A stretch of DNA of 63,173 bases, filler included, from Ministeria vibrans ATCC 50519 (GCA_943704425.1; 11 parts of 11 records of this genome joined end to end with filler, not necessarily neighbours in it), one strand, 5' to 3'. Numbered from the whole stretch's first letter, positions 1 through 11,977 are shown. Numbers and translations: made by a program. Notes: generated from the sequence alone by a model not told the origin.

Positions 1-871
1 TGTGTTCTTCTTTGCATTGTCTTAGGGGGTAAGATTTGTGAATAGTGAGAAATCGTGAGTGACTGATTTGGACTGTGTTTTGGACTCTTGTGTTCTTCTT
101 TGCATTGTCAAAGTGGGTTCCATGCTCTCCACAACACGTTGAAATTCAACCGCTCCAGGTCCGCTCAGCTGCAGAAGCGCGTCGATTTCTTCCACAGGCA
201 CTTCACGTGTGGGGTCCACCAGAATAGGAATGTCGGGAATAACGTGAAGGGCCCGTGCAAAGCCATTGGCAACCTGAATGCCAACGCATGTTGAGTGCCT
301 TTTGCATTTGCGGCACATCGACTTCAAGATCAGTGTTGAGGCGCACCGAAAACTCCACCGTTTTCATACGGACATGCGACACTGCGATGGGTCGCGTGAA
401 CAGAGGCCTTGCAGCGACGAGACCAGCGAGAATCGTGTCGTCATTGTTGTTGACCGGGGCAATTGTGGGAAACGGAACCAGAGTACGCACAGGGATGATT
501 TCACATGTGGGACACGAGGCCGTAGCCGACGTCGAGGATTGTGCAGGGGGGGTGTTTGAGGAACGAGAACATGCGCCACATTGTGGACGTGGTGGCGGTT
601 GGATTGGCCTCGGCGATATCAATACAGCAGACGTTGGATGACAGATGAGCGTGTGCTTGGTCAATGAGGCCGGTGAGCCGTGTTGTGGTGATGAGAGATG
701 ACACCTCGTCAGGAAGGGGAGGAGGCATACAACCATCTGATGGTGTGAAGGACGATGCAATGCAGACGTTGTTGCTGGCAGAATCGGGGGCAGATGCAAA
801 GGTAAGGATGAGGCCAGGCTTGTACGCTCTAGCGACGTGCTCAATTGCGGGTAAGTAGTCCCCAGTGGTTA

Positions 872-985
872 CACTTCCACCACTTGACACTCTTCGTGTA
901 CGACGGACGCTGCCAGCGGTACTGGTCGTGGCGGTCGACTCCATTCATGTTGTTGTTGTAGTCAGAGAGCAGCACGGGTCGCTTC
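872..985 (-). pseudogene. piggyBac-like (DDE_Tnp_1_7) transposase fragment
   Basis: KRPVLLSDYNNNMNGVDRHDQYRWQRPSYTKSVKWWK matches the piggyBac P-x4-YN-x2-MxGVD-x2-DQ...KWWK block. No upstream catalytic region or intact ORF is present. Confidence 0.55.
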
Positions 986-1604
986 TCGCCCGTGCGGGGC
1001 GCAACATACACACAACTATACACGCACATCAAGCCTCTCTGAGAGATCAGTTTGAATTCACACTCTCTCATTCTGTCTGTTTTTTTGTTTTTCGTAGTCG
1101 GCGTTTGGGGAGCGATTGGTATCGCGGTTGGCATTTTAGCTGCTGGGGCAGTTGCGTACACAGAAGTTCAACAACGACGACGACGACGAGGGTTGCGACA
1201 GTAATATATTGAGTATTGATTCTCCTCTGAAGGCCCTTTAAAAATAAATATGCAGTGAGCATCTCTCGTAAAGTTGTGGTTATTGTTATTTGTGTGCTTG
1301 CGTTTAAGAAGACAGCTGACTGGTACAATTAAGAAAGCAAACTGATTCTGAAAATCAATGGGAATAATGCAAGAGAAGAGTGATTTTATGCACCCACAAC
1401 AGTATTCACAGTAAGGTTATCTCAACAAAGAGCGAGCGTTCTTCGTTTTGTTCCTGATGAGAGTGAGAGAAAGTGACAGAGACAGAGAGCAAAGTCTAAG
1501 GAAAAGAACTGAGAGAGCGAGCGAGAAAAGAACAAAACGTAAAGGAATACAAAGAGAGAAGCAGAAGAAGAACAGAAGGAGGAAGGACTTCAGATTACAT
1601 TCGC

Positions 1605-4393
1605 TCACTTGGGAATGCGGTAGAGAAGGGCGCCCATGCGACATGCGAGAACGACATGTTGATTGTCGAGGAACACGACCGCACTCGTTTGGCTCTGCGC
1701 CGGCGCGCATATCGGGCAGCAGGCGACCAGTTCGCGTGTGGTGCGATCCCACACCTGTAGCGTGGCAGGCTCGTGGAAAGCGACCGCAATCAAGCGCGTG
1801 TCAGGAGACAAAGCGAGTCCAAGGGCAACCTGAGAGAACCCATCGCCCATGCGGCTCACGAGCTTGGTCACTCCCGCTTCCGGCTCCACATGCCACACCT
1901 AAAAGTATCAAGAGAAAACAAAGATGAGCAACATCCTCCTTTTTCCAATAACCTACCATAATCTCTTCGGGAGTGTTAGAAGAGTTCCCTGAGGCCGATA
2001 CAAAGCATCGGTCATCACCAACACTCGCAATGCGTCGCGTGAATAGCCGCATGGAGCTGAGACGGTCGCTGCACGTGTCAAGATTGACAGGGGGCGCTGC
2101 GAGTGACGTGCTCTCGGTAGGTGTTAGTACAGGAGGCGACGACTTCTTGGTGGGCGAGTGATCGCCAGGACTACCGTCTGTCAAGAGCCACACTTGAATG
2201 CTGTCACGATAGCAACACACTGCAATCTGCTCTTGGCAGAGGACAGCAATGTCGCTCGCAATGCCAGAATGAGGGAATTTCTGAAGCACTTGCTTGAAAC
2301 CCGCGCGTGACCACCTCCACAAGCAATCACCAAAGACCGCATACACGTCACCATTTCGGTGACGGAAAGTGCAATCTGGGGCACCACGGCCAGCAGAGAC
2401 ATGACAAGTCACCGGAACTTCATAACCAGCCCAAACATCGATCAATGTGCGTTTGCGAGCCATTAGATCGGCCGATGTCGCTTCAAAGAAAATGCCATCG
2501 CCGACCATCCGACCCGGAGGCAGCTGCGTGCGCACCTTGAGTGGCCGCATCGACATCGCGTCCACAACAATAACCTCGCCTTGGTCGTTGCACACTGCAA
2601 TTTTATTGCCTTGGTGTGCGGACACGGAGATTTTCTCGTGCGTGGTTTGTGGAGGGTGAGCGGGATCGAGCACGATCAACTCGCGCCACTCGGCCGAGAC
2701 AAGTAGATTGCCAGGTGGCATCACGAGAACGGGCAAGGCCGCGTTATTGGTGCGCCTGTAGACCAGCTGTTCACCAACACGGTCACCCACAATTGCAATC
2801 TTGGTGACGCATCCCGACTGGAAAGTCAAATGTATCGTCTGCGTTTCCGGTTGAACAGTGACGTCGACCAAATTTCGTTGCGTACCGAATCTGACCAGCG
2901 TTTCTCCGACACAGACACCACGCTCAGACAACTCATCGCTGAGAAACTCAATGCCAAACTCATCGCCGCCCGCAGGGGCCGGGTTCAAATGCATTCGCTT
3001 ATATCCACGCACGGATATCACCTGAGTGCCTTTGACAGGGGCATGCAGGACTCGTGCACGGTAAACGTGACCAGTTGGGGGGTGTATCGGCGGCGTAAGC
3101 TCAGCCATCTCCGGCAACTGCCACAACACGACACCAGATTGGGACCAGGTGACCATGCATGGTGCGCTTCACACCAGACCATAGAGTGCGTGGACCAAAA
3201 CCGCCGCCGAGCCCGAGGACGTACGAAGCGAACAGCGGCTCACCAAGCGTCAAGTCCCACAGATGAATGTAGCTAACACTGTTACACACTATTACTTCCT
3301 CTGGTCTAGGGCCACGGGCAACGTCCACACAGTAGGCTGCGCCGAGTCCAGATCCCTTGTGCAACTCCAATGGAAGTGTCTTCACGAGCTCATGCTTGTC
3401 CATGCTCACGACGAACAACGCCTTTTTGCCAATGATCACAAGGACAGGCGATCCATCGCACTCGGCGAGAGTAGAACGCAGACCTTGCCCACCACAGCCA
3501 GGCGATAGAGCCTCCTTCTGTGGCACATGGTAGTCGGCGAGGACGGCGAGGCTCTCCACATTGACAAAGCGGAAGAGTTTTCGCTCACAGCAGAGCACAA
3601 AGGTGAGTCCGTCGGGCGCAACGAGAATATTCTCAACAGACGCATACCCGCCGTTGGATTGTACCATTTGCGGAGCGGACAGCAAGCATTTGTAAGTGGA
3701 CATGTCCCACACGCAGACTTCGCCGTTGACAGAGGCAGACACGACGAGAGGCGGCAAACGTGGAAGAACCGCAATGGCGCTCACGTTCGACGTGTGGCCA
3801 TAGAGTCGAGTGACGAGCGGTGACATGGGCGGCTCCAAAGTGGGCACGTCCCACACGGGCTCGAGCCACAACGGCAAGTGGGAGGACGCAAACGAAAAAA
3901 TCGATTGGAGCAATGTCTCGAGTCTAGCCGTTGCAATGCGAGCTCCTTTGAGACTGCCGCACAGCTGACACGCAAACTCAAACGTGGGCGTGTCGGACTT
4001 GAGCAAGACATCTCGGGCGCGGCATGCAATGCGGTGGATCGCCACATACATCTCGGGGGTATGCTCAGTTTCTACCACTCGCTCAATGATGTACGTGAGA
4101 TTGTGCTCCAAGGTGCCAAAGGAGACGGCGAGACAACGCTGCAGCAAAGCAAACTCAAGGAGGAGCGCTTCGGCGTCCGCCTGACGCCCCGCCTCGACCA
4201 TGTGCACGACACAGTGGTCGTAGAAGTACTCATCATCGTCCACGTCCCACCAGTCACCATCTGCTTGACTCGCTGAATACGCCTGGAGCAGCTTGGCGTG
4301 GCGACGGGGGGTGTCTGGGCACTTGAAGGCAGCAAAGTCGTGTTGGAGATCGTGCAGGTAGATGTCTGTGCCGCTCGACAAGATCCGACACAC
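1605..4393 (-). pseudogene. APAF-1/NLR-like protein, C-terminal half (winged-helix LHD motif, helical domain, WD40 propellers); 5' NB-ARC missing, frameshifted near 3160
   Basis: YLHDLQHDF followed by HAKLLQAY...DDEYFYDHCVVHMVEAG...LLLEF, then GH...VWD WD40 repeats. ORFs 3101-4393 and 1801-3156 overlap out of frame. GT-AG intron at about 1899-1957; last exon 1605-1898. Confidence 0.7.
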
Positions 4394-7300
4394 GATTGGT
4401 GCGGTTTCCTTTGCGTAAGGCTGTCAGCGAGTTTCTACTGAGCAGGTTGTCTAGCACACTAGCCGTCTTGTTCGTCACACTGTTCACAGTGTGTGCATCT
4501 TGCGACGTCGAATCGCTAGCATTGGTCGATACGTTCACGCCAACCGCCTCGCCAAAGTTGATTACTCTATCGACACTCGTCAGAATTGTATTGGCCGCCG
4601 TCTCTTGGTCGCTCACGCTCGTCCACACGTCGTCTTTTGTCACTTGGTCAAGCTTGCCCAGGCTGACCTCGGCCTCAGCCTGGTTAACCATCTCGCGTGC
4701 CGCTAGTGCACGCAGTGCATACAACTCACACACGGTGCTGCCTCTTTTTGGGACGTCCGTCAGGTCGAGCGCGCCATGTACCGTCGTGTTGGTGTCGAGC
4801 CAGGCCGACTCACACAGGTCCGTGTTGCCCGACAGGTCTACGCTCGCACCCACAGTCACTGAGCTCAGCTGCCAGCCTTGTAAGTCGGTCAGCTTCACGT
4901 TGTCACTCACAGTGAGGTTGCCAGTGATGAGCTCCAGCGACACACCCAGGCCCGGCAACAGTCGAAGTTGGGTGTTGTTGCGCAGCGTCAGTAAGCCATA
5001 CAGATGGGTGAGGCCGCGCAGACCCACATCTTCAAGGAACGGAGAGTTCTCAATAACAATGTTGCCTACGAAAGAGCCATTCAGGAGCGTTTTCGAGATC
5101 ACCGTGCCCTCCAGGGTACGCAGTGCACCGTTGCCTTGCAAAGTCAGCGTGCCCACGCTTGTGATAGCCACCAGACCGTCAATCTGCTCGAGTGCACCGT
5201 TGCTCGCTAGCGTGATAGATTCCGCGTAGGTGAGCGCTGTGAAGCCAGCAATGGTGTGAAGCGCTGCGTTTCTACTCAGTTCAACCTCGCTGGCATTGGT
5301 CAAAGCCGGGAAGTCACAGGCGAGCACCTTTAGCCCGGCGTTGTCCGAAATGCGTAGACGGGCACCCTGCCTGAAGCGTAGTGAGTCGCCCGTAATATAA
5401 TTGTCACCAAAGGGGCACTGCGTCATGTCAATCAGAGCATTTCCAGTGATGGTCAGCTCGCTCGCCTCGCCCGCAAGACCCTCAACACCCGCCATGGAGA
5501 CGAGCGCTGCGTTGTTGCGAATACGCAACCCATCCACCTGACTGGTGCCCGAAAGAAACGTTAAATTGCGAAGCTGAGTGCCCTCAATGTCCACGAGGGG
5601 GCCGTCGAACCTGGTAAGCGGCATGTCAACCGTTGTCAGCGAGTCAACACCCGTGAGTGTCAACGCGGTGACGTGTGGCAACAAGGGAAGCGAGAGACGC
5701 ATGAGCAGTGGACTTCCCGACAGCGTGAGTGAGCCGCCGAGCGATGCGAGGCGGGGAAAGTCAATTTCGCCACTCAAGTGAGTGTTGAGATCAAAACGCA
5801 GCGAGCCACTTAACGTTGTTAGATTGCGTAGGCCCGTTGACAATGAGACAACGGCCGTGTCACTAACCGTTAGTGAACCGTTGATGTGCAGCAATGCGCC
5901 CAGTGCTGCGACAGACCGAATGGCAAGGCCCTGAAGCACAATAGAGCCAGGGATGAGGGTACAGCTTGCCAGCGAGTTGACGCTCGACTGTGAAGTAGCC
6001 GTACGCGGTCGACAATCAGTTTCGCAGTGTGCGCCAAAGACAAAGGCAATGCAGGTGCACGTGTAGCTGGCAATCGTGTCCGTGCAGATACCACCGTTCT
6101 GACAAGGTGATGAGGCACACTCATTAATTTCTGACTCGCACATGCTGCCCATGTACCCTCCGGCACACGTACAGGCAAACCCGTCAACACCGTCGATACA
6201 GCTGCCGCCATTGGAGCAGGGCGACGAGGCACACTCGTCAATCTCTGTCTCACACATCATGCCAGTGAAACCCGAAGAACAATTGCACGTGAACACATCG
6301 GTGCCGTGGCTACAAGAGGCGCCGTTGCTGCAGGGCGACGATTTACACTCATCGACGTCCTCTGCGCAGCTGTTGCCCGTCCAACCATCGACACAGGCGC
6401 ACACAAAATTGTTGACAACGTCGGTGCACGTCCCGCCATTTGTACAGGGCGACGGGTCGCACTCATCAATGTCCTCCTCGCAAAAGACTCCGGTAAAGCC
6501 CGATGCACACGTGCACTGCCACTGCGCGAACTGATTGAGGCAGGTGCCGCTATTGGTGCACGGTGACGAGAGGCACTCGTTTACGTCTGCATCGCACAGG
6601 ATGCCTTCAAAGCCGAACGCACATTCACACGTGTAACCATTGATTTGGTCGTAGCAGATGCCGCCATTTTGACAGGGTGCTGAGTCACACTCGTTGGTGT
6701 TGGTTTGACAGAACTGTCCAAAAAATCCCGAGGCACACGCGCACGAAAACGCGCCAAAAGAGTTGGAGCAGGTGCCGCCGTTTTGACAGGGTGTGCCAGC
6801 ACACTCGTTAATATCGCTGAGACACTGTGAACCGGTGTAGCCGGAGCCACAGTCACAGGTGTAGCCATTGACGGTGTCGGTGCAGGGACGCGAGTGGGCA
6901 CACGGAGCAGAGGCACACTCGTTGATGTTGGTCTGACACAGTGTCGAGGCGAAACCATCACCGCACGCGCATAAAAAGCTGTTGTCGCCGTCGATGCAAG
7001 TGGCGCCATTGTGGCAGGGCGATGAGGCGCACTCGTCAATGTTGGCGGCACAGTGGCTGCCCGCATAGCCGGCGACACACGAGCACATATAGCTCTCGTG
7101 GGTGTCGGTGCAGAGTCCGCCGTTCTGACACGGGTTCGAGAAACACTCGTTGATGGAGAGCAGGGCGACATATGTGTTGGTGGAGAACGTGCCACACACG
7201 GCGCCCGACTGGCCGCACGTGAGAGCTTGTCGCCGCGATTGCATCCCGTAAGGCAAAGACTGACGCGTCCAGGTGGTTCCCGACGGGTACGTAGTGATGT

Positions 7301-7943
7301 ACAGAGCCATGAGAGGGGCTGCGGTGCTTCCTGCGATGATTGCAATGTCGCTGATGTTGCCAAGCACAGAGGACATGTTAATGGAGTAGACACTGGCGTG
7401 ACTCGTGACACCGGCGGGAAACGCAGGCACACCTATCGTCTCGTGTGTGATAATCACCGTGGTGTCGGTGACAAATGCTTCCGTTGGAAAGTCGATTTGA
7501 ACGCTCGCGTCAGCATTGACAACAGTGGTACGCGGGCCAAGGCCAAGCACAGTGCCTCCCTGGTCGCCACACGTTATGCCAATGCGTCCCATTGCACACA
7601 AGCACGTGTATGAATCGATCAAGTCGCCGCAAGTGCCACCGTGTTGACAGGGCACAGAGAGGCACTCATCAATGTTTTCTTCGCACAAGAAGCCGGTGGA
7701 GCCAGAGGCACAGACACACACAAACTGGCCTACTTGGTTGATGCACGTGCCACCATTTTGGCAGGGTGACGAATCGCACTCGTCGACATTGTCGTTGCAC
7801 AGGGCACCGGTGAAGGCCGGCGGGCACTCGCAGTGGAAGAGTTCTTTCTGGTACACTGACACCGAGAGAGCATTGTCGGTAGGGGAAACTGGCGCCGTCC
7901 AAGAGCACCGCAACCGACGCAATCCCTTCTGTGACTCAATCAT
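4254..7943 (-). CDS. Large extracellular receptor fragment: many Ca-binding EGF repeats, a ZU5-like insert, receptor-L-domain/LRR beta-helix, and the start of a helical (GAIN-like) region; truncated at both ends
   Basis: Repeated DIDECxSxPCxNGGTC units; CTLIPGSIVLQG...LLHINGSLTV...FPRLASLGGSL L-domain pattern; TASVLDNLLS helix. The homologous part spans about 4375-7845. Confidence 0.8.
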   Translation of the reverse strand: MIESQKGLRRLRCSWTAPVSPTDNALSVSVYQKELFHCECPPAFTGALCNDNVDECDSSPCQNGGTCINQVGQFVCVCASGSTGFLCEENIDECLSVPCQHGGTCGDLIDSYTCLCAMGRIGITCGDQGGTVLGLGPRTTVVNADASVQIDFPTEAFVTDTTVIITHETIGVPAFPAGVTSHASVYSINMSSVLGNISDIAIIAGSTAAPLMALYITTYPSGTTWTRQSLPYGMQSRRQALTCGQSGAVCGTFSTNTYVALLSINECFSNPCQNGGLCTDTHESYMCSCVAGYAGSHCAANIDECASSPCHNGATCIDGDNSFLCACGDGFASTLCQTNINECASAPCAHSRPCTDTVNGYTCDCGSGYTGSQCLSDINECAGTPCQNGGTCSNSFGAFSCACASGFFGQFCQTNTNECDSAPCQNGGICYDQINGYTCECAFGFEGILCDADVNECLSSPCTNSGTCLNQFAQWQCTCASGFTGVFCEEDIDECDPSPCTNGGTCTDVVNNFVCACVDGWTGNSCAEDVDECKSSPCSNGASCSHGTDVFTCNCSSGFTGMMCETEIDECASSPCSNGGSCIDGVDGFACTCAGGYMGSMCESEINECASSPCQNGGICTDTIASYTCTCIAFVFGAHCETDCRPRTATSQSSVNSLASCTLIPGSIVLQGLAIRSVAALGALLHINGSLTVSDTAVVSLSTGLRNLTTLSGSLRFDLNTHLSGEIDFPRLASLGGSLTLSGSPLLMRLSLPLLPHVTALTLTGVDSLTTVDMPLTRFDGPLVDIEGTQLRNLTFLSGTSQVDGLRIRNNAALVSMAGVEGLAGEASELTITGNALIDMTQCPFGDNYITGDSLRFRQGARLRISDNAGLKVLACDFPALTNASEVELSRNAALHTIAGFTALTYAESITLASNGALEQIDGLVAITSVGTLTLQGNGALRTLEGTVISKTLLNGSFVGNIVIENSPFLEDVGLRGLTHLYGLLTLRNNTQLRLLPGLGVSLELITGNLTVSDNVKLTDLQGWQLSSVTVGASVDLSGNTDLCESAWLDTNTTVHGALDLTDVPKRGSTVCELYALRALAAREMVNQAEAEVSLGKLDQVTKDDVWTSVSDQETAANTILTSVDRVINFGEAVGVNVSTNASDSTSQDAHTVNSVTNKTASVLDNLLSRNSLTALRKGNRTNRVSDLVERHRHLPARSPTRLCCLQVPRHPPSPRQAAPGVFSESSRW

Positions 7944-8331
7944 TGGTAAAAAATACGACGTGTTTTAAATTATTATTATCATTCTTAATTTTCCGTGATG
8001 CGTAGGAGCTGCTGGGGATATATGGAGCCAAGTGAATCAAGTGGGAAACATCGTGGGGTCCGTGATCAGTGAGGCAGTAGCGATGCTAAACAAGTTGATT
8101 GTCAACATCGAAGGAGGTGTATCAGGCTCAAAGCTTACCGGTGCGGCCAGTGCGAGTCTTTTCCTCAATCAAAATGGCAACGTGGTGGAACATACGCTCA
8201 CTCTCACCTTGGATAGCGTCACAAAAACGGTCAAGAGCCTGTTGGTGACCCTCACCGGCCAGATCTGCAAGTCTTTACCCGACCCAATGATGAGTAGTCT
8301 GTGCCAGAGGATCCGAAGCAAGATTCTTTAA
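7846..8331 (+). CDS. 3' exons of an unknown spliced gene
   Basis: GT-AG intron at about 7946-8005 and an open terminal exon ending at TAA 8331; no family recognised. Confidence 0.4.
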
Positions 8332-8773
8332 TTATGAGAATATGTGTGAGAGTGTGTGTGAAAGAGAGTTGAGCGTGTGTGTTTTGTTTGTTGTGTGTCT
8401 TTTTTGTTTCCCCTTGCCCTTGAAAGTTATTTTTTTCGTTTGGTTTTTTCGTTGAATTTTTTTTGTTCATTTTGCTTTTTTAGACTGGTGTTTAAGTGAG
8501 TGTTGATAAAAATTAAAAGATATAAAAGTTAACACTTACATTTCCCAAGGGAGCTCAGACAAAATATTAAAAACAATTAGAAGAAGAAGAATACAACCCA
8601 TTTATTAATGATACAGAAACAATTAAAACTATTAGAAGAAGAAGAAGACATTTCCAATAAATATTTTTTTGACAGTGCACACAGCTTTCGATACTCAATT
8701 CTCTAAGGGATTTGTTCGGGACATTCTCGTCTTGAAATCTACGGCGGAAGTATTGTTCTGCTCGTTGTTTTGT

Positions 8774-8873
8774 NNNNNNNNNNNNNNNNNNNNNNNNNNN
8801 NNNNNNNNNNNNNNNNNTTAATTAATTAANNNNNNNNNNNNNNNNNNNNNNNNNNNNNNNNNNNNNNNNNNNN
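8774..8873. other. Artificial contig-joining spacer N-TTAATTAATTAA-N (first of 10; other linker cores at about 24713, 38742, 41724, 44549, 46325, 48831, 51951, 59483, 61167)
   Basis: Identical 12-mer with stops in all six frames, flanked by N runs each time; explains the ORFs ending in 'LIN'. Confidence 0.97.
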
Positions 8874-8920
<47 letters not shown>

Positions 8921-9015
8921 GAGAGAAGGAAACAAAGTGAAACAGATAGAGAAATTGCGCCAAACTCACTTAACACTCTCAGATCACAATCAATATAAAG
9001 AGATGCCATGTGTAC

Positions 9016-11032
9016 CATGCCGGAAAGCACAGTCGCATTGCTCACGTCCCAATGCTCCACCCCAATTCCTTGAAACTTAGAACATCCAAAGAAGGTCAAA
9101 AAGAAGCTGTCGATGCGGCTAACATTCCAGAGCGACACGTTGGCATTAAACTCGATGCAGTTGTAAAAGGCCTCCTGCAAATGCGTGAGCCCGGACAGGT
9201 CCAGCGCATCCGTCGCCGTGACCACAAGAGACGTGCAGTCCTTGAAGTAACCGCCCGCCGAGTCGTCAATCAGTCGCAGTGGACCCCACTGGCTCACCTC
9301 AATGAGTTTCTGGCGGTCCGTTGTGCTGTCCGACGCAAACCGCCATCCTTCAACTTTCGTCCCTACAATAGTGATGGTGTAGACGCCCGACTGCCGGTAC
9401 ACATGATTTTTCTCGTCCTGCGACTCCGACTGGATGTAGTCCGTGTCACCATCGCCCCAGTTAACCGTCATGTTGTACGTGCCACCCGCCACCAGCGGCA
9501 GCTGCACGCCCAAACCGTTGGTCAAGCCAATCTTCGTTGTGTCCCAACGCGACACAAACGCAAAAGACTCTGTGCACTGTTCGCCCGTGTAGCCAGCGGC
9601 ACAGATGCAGCTGTACGGAAGACCCGCATTGCCGACACAGGTGCCGTCATTTTGGCAGGGCGACGACACACACGCGTTATCCTCTTGCGAGCAAGTGACA
9701 CCCATAAAACCAAGTGGACACTCACACGAGTACGTTCCAGGCTCAACGTCGCTGCATGTTGCGCCATTTTCACACGGCGACGACATACACAGACCCACCG
9801 TGCTCTCGCAGGTTGCACCGGTGGTTCCCGTCGGACACTCACACTCGTACACAGAAAACTCCGTGTCGACACACGTCCCGTTATTTTGACAGGGATTCGA
9901 GTCGCACTGCCCAAAGTACATCTCGCACTGAGGTCCCTGAAAATTCACGTTGGGGCAGCTACACGAGTAGGACCACAGATTGGGTGCAATATCGTATTCG
10001 AGGGTCATGGTGAGATATCCAGGTGCAACACCGCACTCGGTCTGGTCCACGTCGTTCGTAAAGGTAACGTTAAACGTCATGGACGTGCCAACCTTCAGAG
10101 CAGAGAGCTGCGCACACAGGGATAGAGGAAGACAAGGAAAGGACAGATGTTTTTAATACACGACACGATTGGTATGAATGGTCTTGCCTCAACGACGCGT
10201 ATTTCGTTGCGATCCTGGCACGACGCCTCGCTTGAGGTGAACACGTCAAAGAGTGGTTTTGGCTGGGCCACACGAATAAACTTGGACAACGCATCAAAGT
10301 CTCCGCTGCTCACAAACTCCATTGTGATGGCGCTGGTCGGAGTGGGAAGATTGCAGAAGGTGAAAAAGTGCTGAGAGACACCGCGGATGTTGCTGAGCGT
10401 GTTCGTCGTGCGATGTGTCATCACTGTAGCACAGACGCCGCCATTCAAGCATGGCGAGGACAGACACTGGTCGGAGGCTGTTTCGCAGAGTGGCCCATAG
10501 TGGGAGAGAGGGCAGGTGCACACAACGCCGCTGAGGGGAGAGCGAGAGAGAGAGAGAGAGAGAGCGAGAGGAAAGGTTGAGCGAGAAACAGTGTGTGTCT
10601 TCTTACCCATTCACACTACAGACTCCGCCGTTGAGACACGGTGAGGAGGCGCATTCGGAGGGTTCGGCGACCGTTGATGTGCTATTGCAGGGGCTACAGT
10701 CGAGCTGAGCCGTCAAGACGTCGATTCTTGCTTGGAGTGTGGCGAGCGCCGCCTTGAGATACGGCACGGTGGCAACCGCCGCGTCGTGCACGAGCAGGTC
10801 GCCCTGCACCAGCACTGACTTGTTGGAGGCAGCCTCCAAGTAGAGCGTCCCCGAGTCGTCCACAGAGCTACAAAGATGCGCTGTTATTATTACTGCTGTT
10901 GTCGTCGTCGTTGATTAGAAGTATAAGGTACATCGAGGCGTCCTGCTGTCCAGCGACTCCTACAACTGCAATAACTGATACAAATGCGGCCACAAGCATG
11001 GCGCTACAAATCTTAAGTATGAGTTGTGTCAT
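9016..11032 (-). CDS. Secreted protein: signal peptide, cubilin-like N-terminal beta/coiled-coil, EGF repeats, PKD-like domain, DUF285/BspA repeats (3' end lost at contig end)
   Basis: Spliced start MTQLILKICSAMLVAAFVSVIAVVGVAG; SVDDSGTLYLEAASNKSVLV + LATLQARIDVL coil; EGFs; FVSRWDTT...YNMTVNWGDG...HVY..SGVYTITIVG; LIEVSQWG; FNANVSLWNVS / WDVSNAT repeats. Confidence 0.8.
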
Positions 11033-11130
11033 GTGTGAGCTCACAGTCAGTGGGTCTCACCCAGATTTTCTATCCATTGGTAGTATTATTTTTTTATCAC
11101 TCACCTTTATTTCCACTCTCTTGCCTCACT

Positions 11131-11977
11131 ATGTCAGCCCCCCTTGTCTTGACCACCTCCAAAATCTGCCCGTTTGCCCACCGCGCCTGGCTTGCAGCCT
11201 CCATCAAAAACGTTCCGATCACACTGGATGAAGTCTCTCTGACCAACAAAGAAGCCCACTTCACCGAGGTAGGCAGGCCCGTAGGCCCTTCGCCTTGATC
11301 ATTGCTGTCGTGCCGTGCGCTCCTTTGCTCTGTATTTGTCTTGGCTTTTATGAGCGGCGCTAAAATGTTTGCGGCGCTTTTGACGCCTCTCGCCACTCTC
11401 TTAGGTCTACCAGAAGGCCATTGGACACACTCCGTCGAGCGACGGCAAGGTGCCCGTCCTGAGCCACGGTGATTTTGTCATCACCGAGAGCGATGTGGTT
11501 GCCGAGTACATTGATGCCGCCTTCCCCGACAGCGCACCCCACCTTGTCCCTCAGGACGCCGCTCTGCGGGCTCGCCTGCGCATTTTCGCCTCGCAGTGCG
11601 TGACCCCCGTCTTCATGGCCTGGTATGGTGTCGCGCGCGCCTACAAGGCCAACAAGGGCAAAACGGACGCGGAAGCAGAAGCAGCGCGTACAGCCGCTAA
11701 AGACAATCTCACGGCCGCCTTCAAAGCGCTCGAATCACAGATCGAGGGACCATTTGTGCTTGGTAACCAAATCACACTCGCCGACATCCTCGTCTACCCG
11801 TGGTTCGAGCGCCTGGCCGTCCCCGAGCACTACGCACAGTATGAATTCCCTGCACAGGAGCTCACTAAACTGGCACAGTGGCGCGCGACTGTCGCAGCAC
11901 TCGACGGCGTCAAGGCCATTGCCCAGCCTGGCGACTACTTTGTCACGTCGTATGCTTCGTACTATGGAGAACAGTGA
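11131..11977 (+). CDS. Glutathione S-transferase (omega/tau-like), 2 exons
   Basis: CPFAHR active site; intron 11269-11404; GKVPVL...ITESDVVAEYID; GPFVLGNQITLADILVYPWFER. Confidence 0.92.

Noticed and set aside
8818-8829. Recurrent TTAATTAATTAA as a biological site (TTAA target, PacI site)
   Set aside because: Always embedded in N runs; an artificial six-frame-stop linker.
9010-10125. 371-aa plus-strand ORF and similar antisense ORFs over EGF genes
   Set aside because: Antisense shadows of GC-rich coding sequence with no motifs.
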